NCBI GenBank assembly: GCA_051294905.1 | Contig: CM119379.1 | Coordinates: 18,786,001-18,850,000, forward strand | Direction: 5' to 3' | DNA length: 64,000 bases | DNA from: Botryllus schlosseri | Taxonomy: Eukaryota | In this document: one piece after another, positions 39,386-52,363 of the stretch | Numbering within the stretch: the first letter of the stretch is position 1 | Layout of the letters: every line of letters starts with the position of its first letter | Program-made: the position numbers and the translations under genes | Notes under the pieces: generated by a model | Told to the model about the DNA's origin: nothing | The model's input: the letters and a program-made list of their open reading frames with translations, nothing else | Databases searched by the model: none

Positions 39386-41031
39386 GCGACTCCTGTAGAA
39401 CTGTCACAAAACCACTGAAAATCAACATTTGTCACTCGTTAAAATCTCATTAAAAATCATTGAATGCCATCGGCTTTGTCGTTTTTTATAATTTCCGGCA
39501 ATGAACCAAAGTGACGTGCTCTGATTATTATCAATCTCGATACCTTCACACAGGCGAAATCGTGAGAGTTATGGCAAAATTGAACGTTTACCCTACAATT
39601 GTTCTTCCATCATTATTATCATATTGAGGTTTTATGAGTGTTATTGGTCTTTGTGCGAAGCTGGCAATACTTTACATTGTATTTGTGGATGATGTTTATG
39701 CAGGTGTCCAGATTGTCCACTGAATCATACACCCGTAGGCTTGGAGCTAAAGAGGAGAAATCGAATCATAACTTATTTCGATATCCTCGGCCGAATGGCA
39801 TCAATATATTAAGTATATATATGTATATATATAATTGCCGGCATAGAATACCACTATACAGCCTATACTTCAAAAGATCTTAATCTTTGATTAACGGATT
39901 GCACGGGTGCAGTGTCCACATTATTATATCGTCATGTACGCTTGCTTCTATCGTCGATTCGGTATACAAAATACCTAGTTCGATTCCAAGCGGCAGATAT
40001 GGCACCGAGAATGATCCGAATAGAGTTTCAATTAGTGGTTCGTTTTTTGCCGAGAGTAATTTCATACTTACAACTTACACCCGTGAATATATATTTCGGA
40101 GTCGCTTCGAATCCATTTGAAAAAAATAACGCTCTAGAGTCCTAATAGAATATTCATCATGGGGGCTTCATGGAAAACGGGGAAGAACAATGGAGCTTAC
40201 TAAGGTAAAAATCTTTTGCATTTCCCCTTCTCCTTCCGCCATGACGACCCTCAGGCAACATAAAATTAGTCAGTAAAGATTTTTGAATAATAAAGGCAAA
40301 ATATCGAGGATTTCGTATAATTCAATTCGTTCGAGCTCGCATTCCGCCCCCTTCTATTGTCGAATCGAATTCGAACTCTGCAAATAAGAATTCTTCGAAT
40401 CAAACCGCACGAATTAGAGTACAGACAAAAGACTGACACCGTCGTATTTTGAATTTTTACATTCACGTGTTGCGATCAGCTAGGTTTCACTTTGAAGTAC
40501 TGTATATTATGGTTTTGTGAAATAGCACGTAAAGTCAAGACGCCGCCGATGTGACTTCATCAGATTTGTGTGTAATGTACGTAGACAAGATGCAGCACCG
40601 CCAGTTTTACGGCGCAGCTCCGTGAAACGCTGCTCATAAACGATTCCGCCCGGCGACTTATTCCGGTATCATATCAAAATAACGACCATGCATTCGATAC
40701 CTTCAAACGCTTAAGGTACCATAAAAAGTATGCTGCCAAACCGCTGAAGCGCTCGATTTACGAGCGATAGATTGATATCGCTGAAAAATAAGCAGTTTCC
40801 CACGTACGCCGCACCTGCCTGTGTGGAGCCTCAGGAATTTCGTAATATTTGCGGTTAGTATCTCGCCATCTTCATCATGTTTCTCATGTTCACGTAAACA
40901 ATAAATGTCAGAGCGGTGACGAGTAAGTACGTGTCGCCAGTGTTTTAATCCGACAATATTTTATTGCTCGCGGAAAGCTTCTTTCGAGTAGCGATGCTGA
41001 CGAAATTGATCTCACGATATGGTATGCCCAT

Positions 41032-41636
41032 TAGGGTTGTTCAAAAAAAACTCTTTTTTCCAAATCTCACTCGCCTAGGGACTAAATCGTCAGGTTGTCC
41101 AAGAAAACGATGCACACCAAATTTGACTCAATTCCAACCAGTCAAGGCCGTGCAATCTTGGAATGAAATTTTTAATTTATTAATAAAAATTATTAAAAAA
41201 AATTCTCAAATTTTTCTGTCAACCCCATGAAATTGTTGATCTGTCTTCAAAGACGATGCAGAACAAATTTGAGTCAATTCCGACTTGTAGAAGCGGAGTT
41301 ATTCCCGTTTTTCGTTGATAATTGTCGGATTATCCTTGATCCGAGAATTATCAACGAAAAACTCAAATAGTTCCGCTTCTACTAGTCGGAATTGACTCAA
41401 ATTTGTTTTGCATCGTCTTTGAAGACAGCTCAACAATTTCATGGGGTTAACGGAAAAATTTGAGATTTTTTTTGTTAATTTTTATTATTAAATTAAAAAT
41501 TTCAATTCAAGATTGCACGGCCTTGACTGGTTGGAATTGAGTCATATTTGGTGTGCATCGTTTTCTTGGACAACCTGACGATTTAGTCACTAGGCGAGTG
41601 AAATTTGGAAAAAAAAGTTTTTTTTGAACAACCCTA
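41032..41636. mobile_element. Foldback (fully palindromic) hAT-type element, 605 bp
   Basis: Arms 41032-41330 and 41339-41636, about 93% identical by eye, with an 8-nt loop; ends TAGGGTTGTTC; perfect TSD ATGCCCAT. Confidence 0.93.
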
Positions 41637-42882
41637 ATGCCCATGTCTGTTATGATGGCGATAATTATCGACGTTTTGATGCCCACTGATTTCGGATATG
41701 ACCAAAGTATTCGGCGACTAGTAGCAGGCGAAAAATCTGTTGAAGTCCACTCTAATATGAGTAGAGGTAGAGTTTTTTCGGTCAGGTCAAAAGCATTTTC
41801 ATTAGGATAGACGCTTGACAGTTTTCAAGCAAATATATCGGAATTGTACCGCTAGACTCCAGCCGCTCTAAATACAGATACAAATACACGGACTTTAAAT
41901 ATGCTTCTATGACCGTGAGGCTATTATGCACCAAAAACTGCACTCTCCATCTCTCTTTTCTGTTTTTGGCACAATTAAAACTGCGTGCTAGTAAATCAGC
42001 CTCGAAAACTCGAAGTATAAGTTAGTGGAACAATAATATCAGTAGAGTTAGCATTGCAACTACAAAAATGTGTATCTGAAAAAGTATATATGTACTTCTT
42101 ACTGTCCTATATCGTGCGCTATATACCCCGAGGATAGCGTTTAAAACAAATAGTGTAATATACGTTTTAATCAAAGTTTTTAACAAAAGTTCATTTTAAC
42201 CTTTTACCAAGCCGTGTGATTATGTCACAATGGCTTAATTATTTCAGTTAGAAGGACTATATGTATCATGATCGTGACGGACTGAAAATAGAAGTATTAT
42301 ACGCGAAATTTTTTAAAAATCAATCCAGAAAGTTTTTAAATCAATCCACTTGAGCGCCTGGATAAATTATAAATATTTTATTACCACAAATACGGCCATG
42401 ATATTAGCAAATATATCGTAATGTGATATTACACTACACTACCAAATCAAGAATTTATATAATTGAACCAATTGAAATGCGAATTGCTCGTGGATCATTT
42501 TCAAGGCTATTGGTGAACCATACAATATCAATACATGCAGGAGTTGGGGGATGCGATTTATGATAAAGCCACAATATTCAAAGTCTGTCGTTTGGTATAA
42601 GATGGGGTGTCTTTACTTTATGACTTATATGTCATACATCGTTAACTGTTTAAAACTGAAAATAAAACTGCCATAAACCGTGAAATTATCATGTGATCCT
42701 CCGCACGATAGACGAAATCTGTTCCTTATATCATATCTCTTTATGGGATAACGAAGGATTACTTTACGTCGAAATGATGTATTTACTTGATAAAGGGGCC
42801 ACGGAGATTGACCGAACGATTGCCCTGAAAAAGACACCGCTGAGTCATACTTGAATAAAATGCGAGCGAGGGTAATCGCACC

Positions 42883-43351
42883 TAGGGTTGCATTCAAAAC
42901 AAATCCCTAAAAAAGAAATTGTGTTTATTTTAACGTTGTATAAATATGCCATAATCGGGTAAATACTGTCCAAAAACATGTTATATGGGCCTACGGACGA
43001 TTACCACCCGATATATCCGATGAATACGATATGGGATGGTTGGAACCCTCGACATAGTCGGTTCAACAGCTAAAGTACTTAGATATAGACCATTGATACG
43101 GAATGAATGTTCTGATGATGATGATGACCGCCGACCGTAAAAATGCTACATGGCGATGGTTAAAGAAGTTTCTGATCAATATATGACAGAGGTTGGAAGC
43201 CTATTTCATCAAAAGAGCTATATTTACCCTGTATTTTCAATTGTCAATGTCAATATTCAATATTCGTGACGTCATGACTTAGAAAGCACAATAAAAACAT
43301 GTTTTAAACAAGGACCTTGTATTAAGCATGTTTGTTTTAAATGCAACCCTA
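42883..43351. mobile_element. hAT MITE, TAGGGTTGCATTTAAAAC family, copy 2
   Basis: TIR TAGGGTTGCATTCAAAACAAA / TTTGTTTTAAATGCAACCCTA; perfect 8-bp TSD ATCGCACC. Confidence 0.92.
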
Positions 43352-45755
43352 ATCGCACCAGTGCTTATTCCCGCATGTGTTTGATTAAGGCGGACTTACA
43401 AAATGAACAGAGCTCGCCAGTGCAAGGTGCGCTTTACCTGTGCTATGTATTCAACCGATTTAAATTTAAATTCCGGTTTAAATTTATTCATCGACAATAT
43501 ATAAAACAATTTAGGAACCGAAAATATGGGATTTGACATTGCAGCACTATAAAAATGTTAGATGTTCATACGTTGCCACTTGATAGGATACATATAGGAA
43601 ACCTATAATAGTTTACATATTGAACGATTGGTAAGATACGAAACTGTGGCACTAATATTATTTTAAACAATCGTAGCTACATTCTCGTATGAGATATACC
43701 GGTGACTACTCTATCTGCATATGTTAATTTCTGGATATTTCTCAGCGGGCTGTTATACTTGGTGAGTAAAAAGACTAACGATTTCCCGATGTCGGTAATC
43801 GAATGTTGTCAACATTTCACGCCTGATGATGTCCGGAGCCTTTGCGCAATACGTTCAGATTAAAAGTTGCACACCCACGGCGAGTCGCGCGATTCGATTT
43901 CGCTATTACCGTGAAGCTATAGCTGTTGGCTTTAAGGTATAAATCTCGGCTCAACGTTACCGGATTAAAGCTCGCCCATTATCTTAGTCTTCAATCTTTG
44001 TCAGAGCTACCGTCGAGCTGTCAAATTCGAGCGGGTCACGTGGTTTAACGTGCGTTCCGGTGACGCGACTCCGATTCTAATATCTCATCCGCATAGGACA
44101 TACAGGAACTCGCGATATGTAGTCCTGCGAGTTTTAGCTTCGACAAATATTTACGCTGTATCCGGCGCGTACACCTTCGTTTGCTTCTCCCACGGTCGGT
44201 AAAATTCGACTCTGGATTACGCCGCGCATTGCTGGGAAAAGCTTGCACTGTCTAAAAATGTGTTTGGGCGAATATATATTAATTTGAATCGCATCAATCT
44301 CCCTGTCAAACTGTATGACATCGCGCAGCGTCGCCGTAATTTACGTTCAAATGGCGGGAGATTACGGACAGCCGAGATGGCGAAGGCTGTAATATTGCAT
44401 ACAAAGACCTTTATGTTATGCAGATAGGGAACACACATACGCAAATTTTTTGTCGGAAACTTGAGTGCTGTGTAAATCATTTAATATCTACTTGTTTCCA
44501 AGTGCGGTTCCGCGTACACAGTGTCTGCAGCGTTAGCGAATGCAATGAATTACATGATAAGTTTCGAATCACTACGGAATGATACCCGGAATTTGAGAGA
44601 GACGTAACTTCAATATACAATAGAATAATATATTCCTAATTGAAATAAGGAGGAATGTTTACATTTAATTTGATGTACTTTATTAAATTAAAATGGATGA
44701 CGCGGGCCTACGACACTTAGCAAGTAAGTATATGGTAGACCCCGGGAGACTATACTTGGGTTGGAAATGGCGGTAATGCGAATAACACTCCCGATCATAT
44801 AACCGTTCACTTGCCGATTATTATCAAGTCAGCACAACGACTTCCAACGCTACCAAATATTTCCAGACCATCACAGCTCGGACAATATTGATGTAACAAA
44901 CAAGTTTGGAATCATGCTTCGAGATGACGGAGTATATATAACGTACGGTCAGCCATCGCGTGACTTCGCAAAACAAATACGGCCACGTTGATGCAGTTGT
45001 TGTGGCGAGGACAAGAAGATAGGTCGAGAAGGAATGCCGTCACGTTCCGCTGTTACGTATAGCGATCGCAATCGCGCTCGAAGTCGCAAATCGGACTGCA
45101 ACTCATTCGATGTGACCGATACTTCAACACAATACTTGGAATCGAAGACATAATTATTCCTGCCGTCATAAAGGAATTAATTACAATGATTAGGAAGTCC
45201 TAAAAGCATTTCAATCAGGTACACGATATGTGCAGTTGAGACCAAGAGCCGCAAAACAGCAAAGTCCGCGATTACAATTACTGCAGTAGATGCGATATGT
45301 GCTATTTCGTATGATACGGTTGAGCAAGTATGCATGACGTACTAATGGTTGCGAGGTCATGGGCCGTACATCTATCAACAATAAATTTCTAACATATGAT
45401 TCATAACTGCTTGATTGAATGCCCCTGTTTCAGTGACAGGTGCCGTTATTTAGGGTTACCACGTCGTGGCATAATGTGATACGACATTATTACCAGCAGT
45501 CAAAATTTTTAAATTGCCCGTATTCTCGTCCGATTTCATATGATTGTCGATTTGTAAAAAGTGTCATCCTTTCCCGATCGTAAAATATGGTAGCCCTACG
45601 TTAGTTATAAGTCGGTATATTATTTGGAAGCAGTTCCAAATACTGAATACATTTAAAGCTGTGGAACAGAACACAAAGTTCATAAAAGCAAAGTTCCAAC
45701 AGCGCTTCGTGACGGATTAAATAAAGTGTGAGAAAAAAGGTATCGTCGTACGCTG

Positions 45756-45762
45756 TATATAT
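45756..45762 (+). promoter_or_regulatory. TATA-like box of HLH gene 3 with adjacent Su(H)-type site
   Basis: TATATAT about 80 nt upstream of the ATG; TGTGAGAA at 45727-45734. Confidence 0.55.
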
Positions 45763-45836
45763 GCGAGCGTCGCACGCGAGACGCGACTGAATAGCACCTT
45801 TCAATAAGTTAAGCGCCGCGATTACTTCTTGGCATC

Positions 45837-46145
45837 ATGGGAAAAGCGGAAGGTACACCAACGCGGAAAAGTAAACGAAGAGTGAACAGTGAGATACTGG
45901 CCAAGTCCAACGTTGAAAACAGACGCGATGGCACGGATGAGGCTGATACACTGCGCAATCTGCTGAGGGAACTGGACGAGATCATACCCGACCGAATCGA
46001 CGGGAAAAACATACGCAGGGATCCAGCCGTTATCGTGGAGAGAGCGACGGATTACATCACGGAGCTTGAGAAGGAATTGGGCCGGGAGACGATTGCTTTG
46101 CTCCACAGCAATCCGGAATTTTATAAATTATTCAGCAAGAAATGA
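45837..46145 (+). CDS. Divergent Id-like HLH protein (HLH gene 3, 102 aa)
   Basis: LRNLLRELDEIIP-loop-DPAVIVERATDYITELEKEL shows the HLH hydrophobic pattern with the helix-1 Pro and helix-2 DYI..L. Kozak atcATGG; acidic residues rather than a basic region precede helix 1. Confidence 0.85.
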   Translation: MGKAEGTPTRKSKRRVNSEILAKSNVENRRDGTDEADTLRNLLRELDEIIPDRIDGKNIRRDPAVIVERATDYITELEKELGRETIALLHSNPEFYKLFSKK

Positions 46146-48625
46146 TGCGATCCCTGTACGGAGGAATTTATCGAGGATGTCATTCGCGAGATTGAATCTG
46201 TTGCTGTCCTGCTTGGCTTGGAGGAGAAGTTTGTACAGACATATCTTCGATCTGGATGAACTCAAGTCGTGCGATATTCTCGCGGGGATGCGTATTCGGA
46301 GCCGGAAAATTACAGTTTGTACTGGAGTTTTTCACTATAGGAAATTTGTTGCCAGGTCGTGCTTATGCAAATATGAATTTTTAAATAGTGTTGAATCACG
46401 GAAGAGCCACATATATTTGAATCTTCTTGTGTTGATGCTATGGCACTTTTCTGTGGTTTCGAACGATGTAGAAGCATCTAGTAAAACAACTCGTTTCTGA
46501 AAAACCATCATCGTTCAGAGCGCATGTAAGTAGTTACAACGGGAAAATGATAACATTTTTTGTTGGATTATAATAATTTTCGTGCCGCAAATTTGACTAG
46601 AGTAATTCAACTTCTACTTCATTTATATGCCGCATCTTGAAGCGAGTTTAGGTTATCTCCTCATCTGACAAGATAGCATGTAGGTCCGTCGTTACCGAAA
46701 GGTTACGGCTAGCAAATTTCCATTTTATTTGATCTCGTGCACATATAATTGAGATCGTCAGATTGAATACAACGCTGCTTGCAAATTAGTTCACAACAGC
46801 CCGACATTAAATCAATCACGGGAGCCTCAAGGCAAAGAAAATTATAACGAAATGGATTATACGCTGGAAAATAAGCTTTGCGGTGCACTTATTTCGCACA
46901 AAAATCGGTCTCGGCAATCTTCCTGTTTGTTGCTGATTGATCGTATATGTAAGAGTACGCTGTGTTACCCCCAGAGGCTATAACTTTATTTGCCGGAACA
47001 AACTGCATGTAGCCGTTGCTGAAATGAGTTCAAACGTTCCTGTGTATGTGTACAATTGTACATAGCTGTTGACAATATGGCGGTGGTGACGGCTGGTAGC
47101 GATTTCGCTGCGTAGCAATATTCATTCCTAGATCCTGTTTCTTAAATTAAAACCCATGTAAAGTGTACACGCACAGGAACCAATTCGTAAGAATATTTTC
47201 CCTTTTAAGCATAGTATAACATTGCTATCAAGATGAATTATTTCTGATTTTTATATAATCATAATCATATAACTTGCTATACAGTTCAACATATCTTTAT
47301 AAACAAGCTCGTGTAATCTTTACATTAACAATTAATGACGATTTCTATATGTAGCTGTTACCTCAAATAAAAACAAAATTTTGAATAAACCAATGCTGGT
47401 GTGTTTTCTCGCGTGTTCAGTGTCCACTTCAGTCCTACTTGTGTATGCGAATGTGTAAATTTATAAGATGATTGCAGGATCGAATTCCGACGCGTTACCA
47501 TTACTGCTGGGAAAAAAGATGCGTGTCCTAAACATCATGCTTGGCAATTTTCCACCAGGAAAACATACTGTGCTAATGCTGAGTTGTACTTGGCTATCTA
47601 CGTGTCGTACTATCAACCGTGCATGTTAGCTTGAGCTGGAAGAGTTCTGCATCGATAGGAAATGACTTAGCGCTGACAAAAGAAACTCCGCCGAATATAG
47701 CTAAACAGTGAACAATATGTTTGACGCTCATTGAACATGAAGTACTTGAAGGACTATATATGCTATGATATGTATTCTGGATTATTAGGTACTATATAGA
47801 CGATAAAAATTCGTATTGACTCAGGGTGCATAGATATCAAACCTTGTAGATATTCATGTCTCGACCGGTCAAATTCCTAAATTTTGTTCGAGTGACCTCA
47901 GTGTATTCATGATTAAGTGACAGAAGTAAATCATCATTTCGCTGTCTCAAATTTTCGGCGTTACTAAATTTTCGTTCCGGCCTTTTGCGGGGGTAATGTG
48001 GATGTGATGCGTATGTCGATGTCGAAAAATCGCAAACTACGTGTTACGCGTTTTGGCCTGTGAAATTAAGATCACGACTGGCTTGTATCCCGCACGGCAC
48101 TGATGCTTCCTTCCCGCATCTTCCATTATGACATGATGGCTAGACCAATAAGTCTGCTTGTCGATGGAATTAAGTGGCAGTTTGAACGTGATATAAGACC
48201 AAAAGCTAGGCATATTCGTGGATTTAACATATAACGATCATTTTGATATACGCGAACGACGCACCTGCGTAATATTTGCCTGGATCTATCGCGTACTCCG
48301 CAATGCTCGCTTCTTAATCCATTTTCCGTGACTGATCATAAAGAAAACGCGACGTAAGACAACCGCGAACTCTCCAAGCTGTAATACCTCGTCGACAAGA
48401 CAGAGAGCCGTCTACTAAATCCAGCTGTTGATCATACAAGAAGATCTGTGTTTTTTCAATACGGATGAGCTAGGAATGAAAAATTATGGACTCCTGTTAC
48501 GCTGTAAGTTCTACCTAGTACCTACGCTGTATAACATGGTACATGCTGCACCGGGGCCTACGATAACTTACGTAGGCCCCGGCTGCACATTACACACATC
48601 CATTCTCCCGATGTGTCTTCTCTAC

Positions 48626-48898
48626 TAGACATGGGGTAATCGTGATTATAATTGATTACATTCGAAAAAACTGAAGTAATGGTAACCATAATCGATTAGT
48701 TTGCCTATATCTAATCGAATTCTTGCAAGAGGATGATCACTAAACTTTTTAGTTTCACAGGGACTATATGACATAAAGTAAACATCAAGGAATAGTACGT
48801 TGTATCAAGTAATAGGCTGTAAAAACGTGTAATCGTAATCGCGCGTTTCACAAGTAATCGTAATTGAGTACATTGATGCAATTGCCGCCCCATGTCTC
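48626..48898. mobile_element. Short, older derivative of the 21608-23602 family
   Basis: Ends TAGACATGGGGTAATC / CCCCATGTCT with GATTAC/GTAATC motifs; TSD only 5/8 matching. Confidence 0.7.
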
Positions 48899-49929
48899 CT
48901 CGATACTGGTATTCCTTATTTGAAGAGTACCAGACGCCCGGATGTACTGTGAACGCGATTGTGGTATCAGATATTCAGTATATGTGCTTGACGTACCGTT
49001 CACTTATGCGCAGAGAGATGCACGGAACAGTTTTCACTCTTCGAGTACGTGTAGAAAACGTTGAAGCATTTAAGTTTCAGCTATACGTCATTGCGTGTCA
49101 CTGTAAATTGTAATGTTTGACTTGTTGGATTTAGCTATTGAATGTTCAAAACAAATTTTACGCTTTCTACCGGGGATCAATGTTTATTCACTGGGTAGGG
49201 TCCTGCCAAATCTGTTTCACCGGTGTCGTGGTAATCGAATTTCTTCAATATAATTTACCGTTACTAGGCGAGGGAATTTAACATCCGCTGACGGCTCGAA
49301 ATACAAGGTATTTGCAAGTCTTATATCTTGGAAGCGAGTGTGCGTCAAAGTACGTGACGTTATCTATTTGTCTCTGTAGTAGTGCAAAGGTATTGACTTC
49401 TGTAGTCATATTGTTGGAATGTTGTAAATTTTTGTTGCCTAGAATGATTACTCAGGAATATATAATGGAGAACAGCAAAACAGTGCAATAAAAGACTGCA
49501 ATGCGGAAATAATTTTCCAAAAAAAAAAACAGACAGCAAAGCGATAACCCATAATAAAAGTCAAATACCAAACGCCAAACCCCCATTGGTCTGCAAACCC
49601 GACCCAAGGCATTTCAGCAAAACTCAGTGTCGCCGACTGTAACAAAACCCATAGCCTGAAAAGAGTGACCAAGTGATAATGTAGTTTTCGGCAGTCTCGC
49701 ATGGGCGTCAAATGGCGAATGACCTCAAATTTAAACGACAATGAATCAATCAAGCGATATATATTCATACGGTTCAGGCACTGTCGTGCTTGGCCGGGGT
49801 TTTTGAAATTCTATAGCTTTCACGCTATTGCGTCACACCTAACATTGAGATGCAGCTAATCAACCACACAGCTCTTTGTTAAGCAAATAAAGAGATAACC
49901 AATAACCATACTAGAAATGGCTTTATAGC

Positions 49930-50130
49930 ATGTTTTTGAAATCACTCCTTTACATTTTGTGCAATACTTGATAAAAGTTGCAGTAAAAAAATAGCATTAA
50001 AAAATAGAAAAAGTTGCAATATGTAATTCCTTCAAACAGCCTAAAACATCATAGGCCTACTACATAAACCATGAGTGTTTAGGAACCTCCCGGAAGCTGT
50101 AATAGTTGCACAATTAAGTTACAAAAAAGT
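49930..50130. repeat. Fragment of the 36573-37438 family
   Basis: aaaagttgca...aaacagcctaaaaca...ggaagctgtaa matches 36600-36780 in reverse; limits approximate. Confidence 0.55.
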
Positions 50131-50245
50131 TCGCTATTGATTAGTAATCAATGCTTTGACTCCTACAGATTGAATAATGTAGCTTAAGTCAAACAATCAT
50201 ACTTTTGAAGAGCTTCTTGGAGGTAATGAACTTCAGTATACAATT

Positions 50246-50448
50246 GAATAGTATATTCATATTGAATTGAAACCCGAATATTTTCGGCTGACACTCGTCA
50301 GGGGTAACCGTCAGCAACTAGTAGAGAATAAGAAAGAACATTGAATATCATATATCGACTGTTGATTGATTGTCGATTGCTGACGATTACCCCTGACGAG
50401 TGTCAGCCGAAAATACTCAGGTTTCATTTCAATATCAATATACTATTC
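50246..50448. repeat. Palindromic MITE-like family, best copy
   Basis: 72-bp arms 50246-50317 and 50377-50448 with 5 mismatches and a ~60-nt spacer; related pieces at ~28905-28955, 32301-32530, 33060-33150, 35788-35950 and 44605-44660. Confidence 0.8.
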
Positions 50449-50907
50449 CATCATACTTTTGCTCACCACGACCACACGAGCTATTGTAAATGCTCCCATA
50501 CGCTAACGTATGAAATAAAAGCTTGCAGTATATTTCAAAACAAACGGAATATTATAAGACTTGTAAAAATGGCCTAATGACATTTTTAACAAGCTGTGCT
50601 ATGGTGGCCTCGTGGAATTTAGTTTGTTTGATAGGGCATATTCCGCTCACAATTTCGCATGCGTCTCCGCATGAATGCACACTGCACTATAATTTAGTAG
50701 CTTTTCAGCAGCAAGTAGCTACTTAGCTTGTAATTCATATACTTCGTAGTTTGTATAAAATCTCTCTAAAGTCTAACTCTAAACCGAGAGAGTGTACGGC
50801 GACAATTTGGTATCAGACTTTTGTCCATGTTGATAGCAGCAATATCTTCCTGTCTCTGTACTGCCATCAAGTGCATCAAAGTTTTGTCACTGACGTCATC
50901 AACTACT

Positions 50908-51520
50908 ATTATCATCATCATCATCATTGGTTTATTAGCAATTTTATCAGTTCAATACACCACAAAAATGCGATACAATGAAAAGATAGGAAGGCGTCGA
51001 AGCGACTTGGAGTAGTCTATGGAATGAGACACCCACCTTGGCCTATAGGCGAGGTAAAGAGGAGGCATGCACATTTGCACACTGAATGAAAAGTAAAGAA
51101 GATAGTATAGAAAAAGGCAAGCACAAGAAAAAGATGGCATGTCATGGAAGTCAAGATCGATAGGTCAGTCGTGTTCCGGTAATCTTGACGATGGACTAAT
51201 ATTCATTTAGCAGTAATTCCTTGTATTGCGACTTGAATGTAGACAATCTGGACATGCTCGTCGACTGTCGGATGACCGGCGGGATACTGTTCCACACATC
51301 GGGTGCAGCATATTTGATGGGGCGATGATCTTTACGGTCAATCATATGATATTTGGACGAAGCGGACGCGCGTGTGTTGTACTTGTGCGCCTTTGATTCC
51401 GAGGTAAAAAAAGTCATTGAAATATTCGGGACAACGACCGCAGTGGAACTGATACATAAACTTGGCGACTTCTAGTTTCCGCATATCATCTATGTTTAGG
51501 ACACCGAATCTCGGAATCGA
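50908..51520 (-). mobile_element. 5'-truncated CR1/L2-group LINE (ORF2 C-terminus, 3' UTR and tail)
   Basis: GVLNIDDMRKLEVAKFMYQFHCGRCPEYFNDFF, frameshift, then TSESKAHKYNTR...IKYAAPDVWNSIPPVIRQSTS..STFKSQYKELLLNEY*, typical of the L2/CR1-group ORF2 end. AATAAA (50931-50936) is followed by an (ATG)n tail. Confidence 0.88.
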
Positions 51521-52363
51521 TTGTCTCACCGCGATCAAAAAAGGCGACAGGTGCTTATCGTGCGAGAAATTCTTCGAGTATAAGGAAAAGTCCCCTTTCC
51601 CCGATACAAATTAAATCAACAACAGTCGCAATCGAATGAAATTATTATACCGATTTGGCGATTGCCCTTTGAAAATTATATTCATATATCGCACACTGAG
51701 TAAATATCAGTAGCCTACACAGGATCAGTTCTCGTGTCGTGTTTTGATTCCAACAAGTCAAGAGATCGCATGGTGCTACTGGGAAGACATTGGTGTTTTG
51801 CACCCACTTCAAAAGGAAGCATCAATAGTGAACAGAATGGATTTACAAATTAGGAAAGTTGATTTCCTATATCTGAAATCAACAGAGACAATTTTAAAAA
51901 TTATGACCACATAAGCAGCAATGCAATGGCGACAAGAATGGGTCAAAAGAACATATGTATACAGCATTCACAAAGGATGAGGACATAGGCCCTTGGGCAG
52001 CGGATATCCATACAGCGAGAAAAGTCATTCCTATTCCTCTAATTTATGTTTCCTTTGGAGTTGCTTGTATTGAGATATTATTTTGGCTGTATTTTTGGAA
52101 ATCTGATATTTCACACTGTGTGAAACCGCAACATTTACATGAAATAAATTGAAGGTCCGAAGGAATTGACATTGAGGCGAAATACTCTCTTTCCGTCCTC
52201 AAATTTCGTTGTTTATGGATTGTAATGTCATAGCCGGTCGTTAAGATAAATTATTTGCCCGTTCGAAATTCTCATTCATGCTATGCCGCCCGGGACAGAT
52301 GTACTTGATTACTATATGTAATGTAAACGCAGGAAAACGCGTCAGAAATCTGACACTATAAAG

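Noticed and set aside
44045-44248. Basic-rich ORF RSKRRCTRRIQRK (bHLH?)
   Set aside because: GTG start with no ATG and no HLH spacing.
45822-46500. ORFs 45822-46106 (-) and 46066-46500 (+)
   Set aside because: Overlap gene 3 or its 3' UTR; the first has no ATG start and neither has a protein-like motif.
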